Source of the DNA: Mayamaea pseudoterrestris
Taxonomy: Eukaryota
NCBI GenBank assembly: GCA_027923505.1
Contig: BROI01000022.1
Span: 496,001 to 560,000, forward strand
DNA length: 64,000 nucleotides
Reading direction: 5' to 3'
The notes under the pieces: model-generated
What the model was told of the DNA's origin: nothing
Seen by the model: only the letters and a program-made list of their open reading frames with translations
The model's database searches: none
Position numbers and translations under genes: made by a program
Shown here: positions 49,696-61,713 of the stretch, in pieces
Layout: the number at the start of each line of letters is the position of its first letter
Position numbering within the stretch: position 1 is the first letter of the stretch

Positions 49696-49886
49696 GGTGC
49701 GGTCCGTTTTTCTTTCGGATTCGAATCAGATCCGCATGGTGAAGCGGGAGTGAAAAGATAGAAAGATACTTAAGGGACTTCGCACGAGCCATCGATCAGT
49801 CGTTCGTTCACTCGATGCACCATCATCCATGCCCACAAGCACCAAATCACTTGTGTCATACAATACAGTTAAAAGCGACAACACAG

Positions 49887-50611
49887 ATGTTTCGAAAATT
49901 CGATCCCTCCACTGACGTTTCCACCTCCACGCAAGTGAAATCCAGCGTCGTCCGATCACTCAAGAGTCAAATACTGGACCATCACCCTTGCATCACGGAG
50001 GAGCAACTGAACGAGCTCCTGCCGAAAAAGGCGGCGCTCGTGCAGTACAAGGTGGGACCTCACTTGAAGTTGTACTGTCGGCATGTTGTATCTGACGAAG
50101 ACGAAGACATTAATCACCGCGGCCCGTACGACGAACCAGTGTTATTTCAGCACCGCGACGGCCCCATCTTGCCGTGTTTGAAGTTGGCGCACCAGTATCC
50201 AACGCTTTCGTTTCAGTCCGTGACGGTTGATTCCGGCGCCATTCCCTACCTGCTGGGCGGCGCCAACGTGATGTGTCCCGGCTTGACGAATATTGGTGGA
50301 GCCATGCCGGATGATGGACAAGAGGTGGATGCACATGGTTTCGAAAAGCCGGGGTTGGAGAAGGGAGCGGGAGTTGTCATTTACGCGGAGGGAAAGGAAT
50401 ACGCGATTGCGGTGGGAGTCATGACCATGAGTAGCGCGGATGTGTAAGTGTGTGCAGGAGACGTGTTTGGTTTGATTCGGACTGCTGCTATGGTACCTCA
50501 TTGCTCATTGTGTTTACTCGCTGGCACTACAGTCGATCAAAAAACAAGGGAATTGCAATTGAACTCATGCACAATCTTGGTGATGGGCTCTATCAGACGG
50601 AGGAGATATAA
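49887..50611 (+). CDS. MCTS1: MCTS1/Tma20 PUA-domain translation factor; exons 49887-50443 and 50533-50611
   Basis: MFRKF..TQVKSSV, VDSGAIPYLLGGANVMCPGL and NKGIAIELMHNLGDGL. Confidence 0.92.
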
Positions 50612-50666
50612 CGGTGTCGAGTATTAGAGCTGGCTTGGAAATTACAGTACAAATTAATCTTGTATT

Positions 50667-51081
50667 CTACTTCTTTTTATTCTTTTGACGATCCAAGTAT
50701 TGCGAAAGGTAGTACAAGGTGCTGGCGCGCGTCTTTTTGTCTTCCACGTCGTGCTTGTCGTAGCAGTCCTGCATGTCCTTCACGTACTTCCACAGGGGCC
50801 GGATCGAGTAGTCGGCCGCCTCCATGGCGTTGGTCACCTTTTCAATTTCGGCGGCGCATGGATTCACTTTGCGTGATCTTGTGTTCTGTGATGCGACAAA
50901 ATGAATAACGCAGTGAGTAAAATGTATTGAACCAAATAGTGGCAGATGAACGACGCATCCATCTCCGTCTATGCGCCGCCCTAAAAATGTCTAGGCTCGC
51001 TTGAACGTAACAAACGAACCATCGAAATACAATATGCACATGCACGCGCCATTCGCGCGTCTCACTCACTCGTGCCGCCAT
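50667..51081 (-). CDS. Small CHCH-like protein resembling mitoribosomal mS37/Mrp10; exons 51081-51070 and 50885-50667
   Basis: MAAR|NTRSRKVNPCAAEI..MQDC..STLYYLSQYL, with an in-frame GTGAGT..CAG intron. Confidence 0.6.
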
Positions 51082-51429
51082 TCGCAACTGATCAAGCGTA
51101 ATTTTATACGTTCGTGGTGTCATTGTTGTTTGCTAGCGAATGATAATCCGAGGCAGCGTATAAAAAAGAGCAACAGCGCAGGGTGCATCACCATGGTGCT
51201 TGCCGCAGCTTTCAGAAACGGAGGGGCGTCGAAGCAGTCACGGAGCGACAGATGCCATCTTCGGTGCGACGTGGCGAAGTTGCCAACGGTTTTTACGTTG
51301 GCGATCATCACCATGGCACAAGCAACGACCATTTTGCTCTCATCAGTAGTATACAAGTAACAACGGTATATTCTACAGCGGCAATACACTCATTCATTGT
51401 TCCAGTCTAGTGTCTGTTAGTCACTCACG

Positions 51430-52669
51430 ATGAATTACGGCGGCGCTCCTATGGTTCCCACGTACGACTACGGTCCGTCGGATCGAAGCCTTGGCATTGG
51501 CGGTGCAAGCACTCGATCCTTCGAAAGCGGCGGCAACAGCACCCTCGCTGACACGGTCATTAACCAGGAACGCAGCAGCAGCCAACGCGCCAACGTTCCT
51601 TCTCGTACAAATTACCAAGCCGAGCCCAAGGCGCAGCGTAACAAAGTGATCGAGGGCGGTGATGAGCAAGAGGATTACGTATACGATGACAATAAAGTCA
51701 AGCGCAACAACACGCCTCCGATAGCCAGCAACAGCCCTGAGTACAGTACTACAAGCAGCAATTCCAAGTCTCCAGAACAGCAGTACCATGACAATCAGCG
51801 CTACTCGTCCGCTTCCTATTCTCCAGCAGCTTCCGAAACCAACAGCAACCTGCTCGAACACAGCACCATGACTGCTGCTGCAAGTACCATTGCCGTCTTT
51901 GGCGCCACAACAAAGACAGGCCAAGCCTTTTGTCGCCTCGCGCTCGATGCCGGCTACTTGGTGCGCGCCTTGCTCGGCAATTCCAAGAAACTGAACGAGC
52001 AGACGAATTTGTCGTGGATTGTTGGCAGTCTAAACGACGACGAGGCCGTGCGCGCCTGCGTGTGCGGCGCCGACTACGTCTTCTGCTCCTTGGCCGAGCA
52101 CCAATTCAAAAAGCAAAAACACTTGCTGCGCGAGTTTGTGCAGCGACTGTATCCCATTATGAAGGAGCAAACGACGATTCAAGTGTTTCTATTTCAGGTA
52201 CATGATAAATTGATTTCAGTGCTTGCATCTGTTTGAATCTTGTATCTCATGACTCACCACCTCTTCATCTCAAACACAGTCTTGCTCACTCGCGACTGAC
52301 TTGAACGGAAAGACTCCGGTCCTCTCCAAGATTGTCAAGTCGGTGACCAAGCGCGGCAATCAATCCATTCGCGATCAAGACTTTATCGTCAAGTTCATCA
52401 ACGCGCAGCACCAGCCAGACGAACAAGAGAATGTTGAAGGTAGCAGCAGCAACAATGACAGCACCAAGCCACTATTTTCCTTTCTCATTACCCGACCCAC
52501 CGTCTTGATCAAAGACGGCCCATCCTCCAAAAAGTTGGCCCCGTCAAAGTCGCAGCCTGGCTTCTTTTCCATTACGCACATTGACTTGGCCGAGTTTTCG
52601 CTCAACGCGTTGCGCAACCGCAAGCTGTACAACACGTGTCCCTACGTGGTGGCGGACTGCGGGTTGTGA
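51430..52669 (+). CDS. NAD(P)-binding Rossmann protein (flavin reductase/BVR-B-like) with low-complexity N-terminus; exons 51430-52197 and 52280-52669
   Basis: IAVFGATTKTGQ..ALDAGYLVRAL..GADYVF..ITRP..ITHIDLAEF. Confidence 0.8.
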
Positions 52670-53026
52670 AAATGAAACAAATACAGCAGCAGTCGCGTGG
52701 TTGTATATGTGGCACATGCGTTAGCTCACGTTTCGCTCGAGGCACGGAACAATAGCTAATGTTTTTACATATAACAGGTAGCTATTAAGTATAATTACAC
52801 GCTACTGTAGCAATGGATGCGTAATGTACTTGTAAAGCTGGCTTTGGCGTTCTGCTATCAATAGCTAGAAATCGTAACGGTACTCAATGCTCCAGAAACT
52901 GTGCGACACGGAAGATTTCGCACGCACCAAACGTTTCACCATGGGAGAAACGCAGCGGCAGAGATGTCATGTCAGTAGTCTCTTTCCGCATCCATCTACT
53001 ATACCTTAACATTTAGCAGTAGAACA

Positions 53027-56000
53027 ATGAAACGCCGCACGCGCAAAGGAATTTTCCGCGGAGGATCTAGCAAAAACAAGGGACCCGATGAAAGTGGTGC
53101 AGAAGCTGTCATGGATGACGTTGAGGAAGGAAACGAGGAGGATGAGGAGCAAGACGTTGCCGCAACCTTCAAGTCGGCGCGTAAACCGACAGTCCGGGAC
53201 CATGTAGCGTCCCCTGCTTCCAGTGTTTCGACTCCCGCCGCCGCGTCGCATGACGAAGACGCTGTTTCGATTGATCCGTCGGCGGCAGCAAACACCAACA
53301 GAACCAACATGCCCTCCACCTATCGAAACGCTTCCTCCGCAGCATCCGCTGCCAACGACTACAATACCGCAACCGCGGAGCGTCCATCCTATCGCATGGG
53401 TGGTTTGAACGAACGAGACGATATTGACGATGACGACGACTACGATGAGGACGATGACTTTCAGGACGGCGGCAACCACCACAATCGACTCTCGCAATCG
53501 GCCGTCAAGGCCAAGCTCATTGAAGCTTCGGCGGGAACGCATCGGTTGCAGCGCATCTTGAACAAGACGGCGGCAGCGGCAAACACGAGCGGACAACATG
53601 ACGCAGCTACTAGTAGTAGTACTGCCATGAACGATGCTCATCACGTGAGCAACAATGACGCCTACTTGCTAGACTCGCGCATGCAGCAGCAGCAGCAACT
53701 GGCGACGAACCATCAAAACGTCAAGCGCAACGTGCTGCAGCAGGAGCGCATTTTGAGCGTTTCCAACGTGGATCAAGTTTCGCGGTTCATTGCGCGCATT
53801 GTCTTGCCTCCCATTCGTGTGGATGCCTACAGCAAGGGTGGGCAATTTTTGCATGCCAATCTGGATGCGAGTACATTGGGAGCCAGCATGACGGCGGCCA
53901 TGAACGCATCATCCAATCCAGCGGCAACCGCACAACCAACCATGGCGTACCACTTGATTCCCAACATGCAGCAGGAGTGTCTCCTGATACTGCCGTGTCA
54001 CGCGTTTGAATCGACGGGAGCGCAAACGGTCAATCTAGCGAGCCTGCAGTACCCTTCCGACTGGGCCAAGCACAAGCGCGCGCTGTCCCTCTTTGGTGGC
54101 ACGACGACGAGTGCGTCCATGTCCGTCCATGGCGCGCTCAAGCGCAAAAGCAAAATGAAGTGGGTCGTCTTGGCGCGCAGCACCAACAAGCCGTTAATGG
54201 CGGGTACTAGTAGTGGCATGGGGCAGTTTTTGGCTGGAATTTACCCACATGTTGGTGGTGCTGGAAATGACACGAATGACGCGCAAGAGTCAACGCAGCA
54301 GCAGCAATCGCAGCAACAGGATGAAGGGACGGATCGAGGATATGACACAATGTTTGCCGACGGAGACGATGACGAAGATAACAAGCTGGACATTTCCAAT
54401 GCCAATAATTTGAGTGGGGAAGGATCGCCCATTGTCAAGCGCTCCAAACGAGCTGACAGTGCTGGCGTTATGAATTTGCTTTCGGGTCATTCGGTGGATG
54501 ATACGACGCAGGACGGAGATTCCGAAATGAACACCACTGCGGATGACGACGATATCACAGAAGCAACGGGAGATGATAATGATAATGATGAAAATGTTCT
54601 CGATCAAGATGGAACTGCTGCATCTCGGCGTCAGAAATCAATTAATACCATTCAAGCCGACGAGGCTCCGGATGATGAACTCTTGGCGCCAGCAACCAGC
54701 AATGACGATGGTATGGATGAGATTTCCTCGTTTCCGGTCCTGGTTTTGATGACGCTCAACGCCGACGGCACGTCTCCCGACGTTCGCAAGCTCATTCCTG
54801 TCCAAGACTTGACGACCATTCAGGATTTGCACGCGACTGTTTTGCAACTTGCGTTTGTCAATGGCGACACCATTCGCCTCGAGTTTGGTCAATCCAGCAA
54901 CGATGAATCCAAAGCAGCGGAAGGCTCTCTCGACAAGGAACGTTTCGTTTGGTCGCTTTTGCAGGTGCACGCCATGTTGTGCGTTTCCGTGGTGGAGCGC
55001 AATTCAATGGATTCGGCTGGCCGCAAGGGACGCATGATATTACCGCCATTGAATGTGTTGAATCTGGATCGAGCCGAGTTGCAGTATGTTGCGACTGTGA
55101 ATGGATTTTTGCGCAAGTCGGCCTCGTTTCGGGCATTGTTTGATCGGCATCGCATGCTCATTGCGAATGACGAGGAGAATCAAGTGTTACACGGAAGCAA
55201 CAATGAGGAGGAAGGAAAGGTGGACTTGGATGAAATGGATCGCATTGCGTATGATTTGATCATGGGCAATTTCAACATGCGCATTTCCTTGTTCGCGTCT
55301 GAAGAGGAGCGCAAGGATGCCGAAGAGATACTGAATTCGACCGAGTGGACTAGTTCGTTGAACCGCGAGGAAACGGCGGCTGTCAGTGTGGCGGAGCGGT
55401 TGGGGTTCATGCTGCAGGCCAAGATGCGCGATTTGGAAGCAGAAACCTGCCGTCGGTTGATTGCATGGGAGGATGAGAAGCACCTATCCGTGACGGGCGA
55501 CTCTAAGCTTTTTACGGCTTCGGACGAACGCGATACTGTTGATGCATTGGCACTGGCGTCCTTGTTCAAAACATTAGAGGCGCTCGATACGGAACTCAAG
55601 TCTATGGAGGATTGGCTGCAGGCGCGAGCTGCTGCAATTAAACCCCTGACAGATGATTGCGCCGATATCGAGGAAGAAAATAGACAACTCGAGCAGCAGT
55701 GGAAGTCGTATGATATGCTGCAGACGGAGATGAAGCGATTGCTGCAGGGTGCTTTAATCGACGAGAATGTGGAAAAGATCTTGAAGAATCCGGCGTCTGC
55801 TCTGGTCTATGACGAGGATGGTCGCGTCGATGTCGAGGAGAGTGAGCCTGGCATTGAGGAAATTTACGATGCAGGCAAGGCCTTGCAGGAGGCAATGGAA
55901 TATCCGCGACGCTCTGGCGGACTGCACCTGGAGGCGGTGAGCGAACGCGCCGATGGTCTTGCTACCATTGCGAATTCTTTCTGTACGGCTCTGGCGCACA

Positions 56001-57718
56001 TTATCGTGACGGTGATGGAGCAATTTAACCAAGAAGTTTTGGCTGGTAGTGACTACGGAAAAGTGTCCAAAAATGATACGCATTCCATGATTGCGAAGAA
56101 AATTCGCGACACGCAGCGCAAGTTCCAGTCCGCGCTTCTTGGTTACATCAAGCTGATTGAGATCTTGGCAGCGCTTAGTCCGGAGATGCTGCCAGCTTTG
56201 CGTGATGCATACTCGGAAATGGTCGCTGAAAGCATTTTGATGAAGAAACGCATGAAGGGATATTTTCAGGCGCTTCCTGGAAACAATGCAGCGTACATGA
56301 ACAAGGCCGGTAAAGACTTGAAGGACTACATCGCATTTAGCGAGGACGGACCTGGTGTTTTGGAGACTGTTAACGCCCCGGACATTCGGAATGCATTCAG
56401 TGAACTCCTTCCAGTGATTGCCAGAGAGGCGTACTTTACGTCGGCGTTGTTTGGATCGGCAACAAAAGACCAAGATGGGCGCGAGAAGAAGCGCAACTTT
56501 GAAAATACGCGATCAGCCGTTGACAACGCATCGCAACACTTCCGTTACTATATTGAAAGAACTTGCGGCATTCTGCCGGATCAGATTGGCGGCAAGTCGA
56601 CATTCGACAAGGGAGTTAAAGGTGATCCTCTACTCTGCCTCGTCGGTTCAATTTACCTCAACGAAGCCATGGACAACTACATTGATCGCGAAAAGAAGGG
56701 CGGCGACCACTCTTTGTCACTGGCGTACGTTCGTGCCACCATTTTAGACCTGCGCAAAAAGGCTGACAAGCAGTGGGTTGGCTGGGTAGAGAAGCAAGTT
56801 GAATGGATACGATCAAGCGACGGAGTACCACTCAATGGCAAGCGCGCTGGAATATTTCCCAGCTTTGGTCGGTTTCCACTATATCTTGATCATGTGATAC
56901 TCGCTTGTCGCGAAGGGCGCGATGAAAGCTATGCCCCAGATATCGTCAACATCAAGGTCATTAACTACTATCTGCAGAAAATGGCAGCTGCATTGTTGGA
57001 AAGTCTCAGGGAGTGTGCAAGTCGCGACATGACGGACCAACAGGTACACAATGGGTATGCATTGCCAGAATGTTCATGAAGTGTTTGTTTACTTACCGGT
57101 GTCAATTTTTCGTTGCAGTATGCCTCACATGTTATGCAGATGGAGAACACCTACTTTTTCACGCAAGCTATCAAGCAGCGCGGACCTATGTTCACCGAGC
57201 TCTTTGCCAAGCAGACCTTGCGGGCAAACGCAATTTGCAAAGATAGCACCGATGCCTATCTTGGTTGGATGATTAAGCGCGAGTTTGTTACGCTGCATGA
57301 ACTTTTTTCGAAGGTGTCAAAGCTGCGCAAGGAGGTTGGCGACAAGCAAGTTGGATCGCATGTTCCGAAACCTCAATTTGTACGGACCTTGCAAAAGGAA
57401 GCGAACAAGGATACAATGAGGGAAAAAATAAGCACCATGTTTGCACGCATGGAGAAACACCTGTCCGAGGAAGGAAAACTCTTACCAGTCGCTTGGAAAG
57501 CACTCGTCAAGGTATTGTACGAGTGGTTTGGTCGCTGGGAAAAGATGAGCACCCAAATTTATGGCCACAAACTGAGCCCCACAGCGGTTGACATTGTCCG
57601 CATTGCAAAGGCTGCGGGTGGACAAGCGAAACCCAAGACGGATACTGGTGCAGCGACTGGGGACTTTGGATTTAAATCTATTCTATCAATGAACCAAAAC
57701 AAGCAAGATGCAAAGTAA
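53027..57718 (+). CDS. SEC3: Exocyst component Sec3/EXOC1-like; exons 53027-57043 and 57119-57718
   Basis: Coiled coil 'LDTELKSMEDWL..DIEEENRQLEQQ' and helical C-terminus with 'MQMENTYF' and 'RMEKHLSEE..LLPVAW'. Confidence 0.8.
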
Positions 57719-57972
57719 CAAAGCTCAACGAGTGTGTTGTAACCCGTCGATTGCAACGTTAATCGTTAAGACGTCGAAAGCATCACAGTAAGTGCATTCG
57801 ACGTGGCAACTACCGATAATTATTCAAAGATAAGTCAGACGTAAGTTGTTTTATTAGTCAAAGAGAAGTTGTTGTTCATACATTAAATCGCATTGGCTAA
57901 GACGTTGGTTTAATTTGATAGCATCTACAACCAGATCCGGTCGGTTTTCCATTACTACTTTGCCAAGACTTA

Positions 57973-59703
57973 CTACTCATTGCTCCCTTCACCTTCGTCT
58001 CTATCTGTACCGGTAGCGGCCCCTGCTGCATCATCTGCCTCCGCCTCTACATTGTCTCGAGTCGTTGTAGTCGTCGCATCATCCGTAGATTGGGCCGGAT
58101 GCAACAGTAGCCAATCAACGGCTCGATTGACATTGCCTCCAACGGTCGTCAGTGCTTGTACATTGCGATCATCTTGATCAAATCCCATGTCGCGCAAACT
58201 CTGCAATTGTCTCTGAAACCGAGTGGTAGGGTCAATTGCTGGTTGCGATGATCCAGTCAGCGACGGCGACCGTTGCTGCGCATTCAAGAGCGAACTAATG
58301 TCAAGCGGAACATGAGGCACCGCGGCACTGTCGTTTGTTGCAGCAGCTGCCGATTCACTACTTCCAATAGTCGCCCATGGATTCGCTTGTGATGTCACTG
58401 GTCCTCGAGCAGCATTCGGCATCACAAAATCGTCCATCATCATTATTTGCTGCAGCATTTCGTCCACTCCGCCAGCGCCATTTTGTTGCTGCTGCATCAA
58501 GGACTGCATATTTCCCAGTGGCGCTGATGCTGGCGCACCCCAGTTCGAAACAATATTTTGAATAAACTGATTGGCTTGCTCCGTCGACATGGTTTCAAAA
58601 AACTGCCCCAGAAACGAGTCCTGCTGCATTAAATGCTGTCGAATCCTGTCTGGATTATTTTGCGCGTATTGCTGCAGCAGCTGCTGCGAAAGGCCCAACG
58701 AGTCAGCTTGCATTGGAAAGGGAGGTGTCGGTAGTTGCGACGATCCAGCGGCACTTCCATCCATCATGCGCATGGCCTGTGCAAGCGGATTGCTATTGTC
58801 ACTATTATTTGCCGCAAACGGATTTGCTCCTGCCGAGGAAAATGGGTTTGCAAACGGAGTCGTTACAGTTTGATTCGGATATGTCGCATTGTTCGCGTTC
58901 GTATTGCTGCTGCTGCTTCCCCAAGGATTTGGCATTGCTGTACCCGCTGCTCCTGCATTTACCCCTCCTGCTGCTCCACTATTCGAGCTACTACTACTAC
59001 TACTACTACTCGTCGTCGGCAAGTACAAGTCATCCTCGAGCGAATGCATGGAGTCGTACATGCTGCGCAAGGCGCTAAAACCCCCCGGCATGTTTTCCAA
59101 CTGCGACATGGCCAAGTCCTGCTGCCGCATGGCTTGCGCCAAGGCGTCGGGGTTGCGCATCATTTCCATGGCCTGCTGCATGGCGCCCGGGTCGTTGAGC
59201 ATTTGCTGCAAGTGGGAGTTGGTGTTGCTGCTGTTGCGAGCGCTGTTTCCGTCGCCGCCGCCAAGCATGTTTTGCATGAGTGCAGATAGTGAATCGGCAG
59301 GAGGAGACGGATCTAGCGTCGTTGTTGCCGTTGCTGCAGCTGCAGACTCTGTCGTTTTGCAGTCAGCAGCAGTCGTCGTTGTTTCTTGTTTCTGCAGGGG
59401 CGTCTGACTGGCGCTACTGACAATCAAAAATAGTGTACATTGCGATACAATGCCAAATTCTTGAAGATTCTTGTCATTATCTAGAATGCGTCCCTTGTAA
59501 ATGAGCTTTTGACTCGTCACTGGAGTCTCGGGATGCGACTGATGAAAGGCTTGCTTGACGTCATGCACCGTGTATCCCGGTAGTGGAGGAGGAGACGGTA
59601 GAATGACTGTAAACTTGACGCCGCTTGATAGCTTGATGATTAGCGTAAAATTATTTGCGTCCATAGCAGCAATATTCGTAGCTTCGTTCGTCGTCGAGGA
59701 CAT
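57973..59703 (-). CDS. DSK2: Ubiquilin/Dsk2 (UBL-STI1-UBA)
   Basis: UBL QKLIYKGRIL, STI1 MEMMRNP..DLAMSQLENMPGGF, MPNPW, and UBA RFQRQLQSLRDMGF..GGNVNRAVDWLL. Confidence 0.93.
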   Translation of the reverse strand: MSSTTNEATNIAAMDANNFTLIIKLSSGVKFTVILPSPPPLPGYTVHDVKQAFHQSHPETPVTSQKLIYKGRILDNDKNLQEFGIVSQCTLFLIVSSASQTPLQKQETTTTAADCKTTESAAAATATTTLDPSPPADSLSALMQNMLGGGDGNSARNSSNTNSHLQQMLNDPGAMQQAMEMMRNPDALAQAMRQQDLAMSQLENMPGGFSALRSMYDSMHSLEDDLYLPTTSSSSSSSSSNSGAAGGVNAGAAGTAMPNPWGSSSSNTNANNATYPNQTVTTPFANPFSSAGANPFAANNSDNSNPLAQAMRMMDGSAAGSSQLPTPPFPMQADSLGLSQQLLQQYAQNNPDRIRQHLMQQDSFLGQFFETMSTEQANQFIQNIVSNWGAPASAPLGNMQSLMQQQQNGAGGVDEMLQQIMMMDDFVMPNAARGPVTSQANPWATIGSSESAAAATNDSAAVPHVPLDISSLLNAQQRSPSLTGSSQPAIDPTTRFQRQLQSLRDMGFDQDDRNVQALTTVGGNVNRAVDWLLLHPAQSTDDATTTTTRDNVEAEADDAAGAATGTDRDEGEGSNE

Positions 59704-60214
59704 AATGCTTGCTTGCTGCGTGTAAAAAGTAAGAGTTGCGAGTTGGATGCGCCTGCTGTGAATGATTATTTCGGCGTTTCAAATATAAGTTCAGCGTCTT
59801 GGAGTCTTCAAATATGAAAGAATGATAATTCTGCCTAGTGCTGTTACGCTGCGGTGGTTGTCAAGGCGGGTTGCTTTGCGAGAGAGAATAGTCGTGAAGC
59901 CAACGATTCGTTCGATGTGGTTCTGCCATGGTCGAATCGCGTGCGAAGACTTTCATCCGGTACTCGAGTCGCGCTACGACAGATTGGCAAAGGTTCCTGG
60001 CCACTCGATGCACGATTTCATGCGACGTACACGCCCCTGCCTTCGCCCTTGGTCCCGCCCCCACTGTCATTGCTTTTTTGCTTACAGCAATCGAATTTGT
60101 TTTCTCTCATATATATAGGCTCAAGACAAGCGATAAGAAAGCATAAAGCTATATCAAATACTTTTGACGACAACCATCATTACGCAATCAGTACTCGTAA
60201 GCAGCAGCAGCAGC

Positions 60215-61410
60215 ATGGACGACTCGACCAACATGGAAGGATTCACAGCCGGCGGCGACGACAATGACTCGATTGGCAATCAGCAGGAGGAACATCATGG
60301 ACGAAAGCAACGAATGCATAGAAGTCTTCCGCGCGTCAAGATGATATTGGAGGATGAATCGGTGCGTATAGAAAGTAGTAGTGTGAAGATTTTAGGTGAA
60401 CATTCCATGACACCTCACATACGTTATTTCTCCCGCAGTACTTGTCGGGCATTTTAAACGCACTCGAATCATCCGGATGTAGCAAATTATCGTACGCGAC
60501 GGTCAACAATTCGTGGAACGATGCCTTTCAGCAAGTATACGCCACGGTAGCATCGGATTGCCACTTGCCGCAGGGAAAGAATCGACACCACAAGTTCAAG
60601 GAAAAGATTGTGGAACTATGGGCGGCCATGGAGCGAGACGTTTTGGATGCTTCCAAGCCGGACAAGTGTATGGAGCATGCGCTCTACGCGCTCGGCATGA
60701 AGCAACTGGCCGAGTATCGATCCATTGCCAAGAGTGTTGATCGGAAGCGACAGGCTGCGGGCTTTTCGCCAATCATGGAGGATGGCCCGGAACATGCTGG
60801 ATTGAACATGGATGCCACCGGTACTGCTGGAAACTATGGCTTTGACGGAAACCTTTCCTCGCACAAGAAGGCAAGGTTCAACAACAATGGCACGCACCAT
60901 CATGTCCAAGGCACCACCCTGTTTGCCACGTCTCAGCAGCAGCAGCCGCACCAAGCGACGGAGTCACTGCTGACGCAAATGCAAAGCACCATCAAGCGCA
61001 TGGAGCGCGTCGCGCATCATCAAAACGGCGGTCCACCAAAGTTGCCCAGTCCCTTGGCCGACTTGCATCGCATCATTTGCGGAGAAACCTTGGTGAACGA
61101 TCCATCCAACCAGCAGCTCGTCATGCCCTACTACACCAAGTGCTTGACTGCCTTTTTGACGCTGGCGCAGGAGCAGGCGAACCACTTTACGACGCCAAAT
61201 CTACTGGCGGGTGTACTGGAAGGACTGGAAGTGCTAATGCAACACGATTTCGCCAACAGTCAACAAGACATGAAGCAGCGCATTCAGTACACTTATACTT
61301 ACGTTTTAAAGGCGTATCTGAAGCTGATTGATCCGCAGGTCAAGCGCACCTCCGATACGAGCGACAGTTACGGGAATCACGATGGGACCAATGGCAGCAT
61401 TGACATTTAA
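60215..61410 (+). CDS. Hypothetical protein; exons 60215-60361 and 60439-61410
   Basis: A phase-0 GTGCGT..GCAG intron joins the two ORFs. No recognised domain. Confidence 0.7.
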
Positions 61411-61713
61411 ATCAAGACGGGCGGCTGGGTGTCAATTTAAGCGCTGCAGCTCCGTGCATGCTCCATAAGCTCGATCGTTATAACAATCATGCACACTAAT
61501 ATATAAAACATGGCTCGACCTTTGGCTAGCGGTAATAGTAGTCGCTCTCGAGATCGAGAAAGGGTCGTGCAAAGTCTAGTCTGTCGGATCGGTTTTAAAA
61601 TCTTTGCCGTCGCGATCGTATCCTCTTGTCGCCACCTCGATGATCGAAAAGCATTCGACGCCATTCTGCTCCATTCTTTCAGGCTGGCTGCAGCCGCAAC
61701 AATCAAATCTGCC

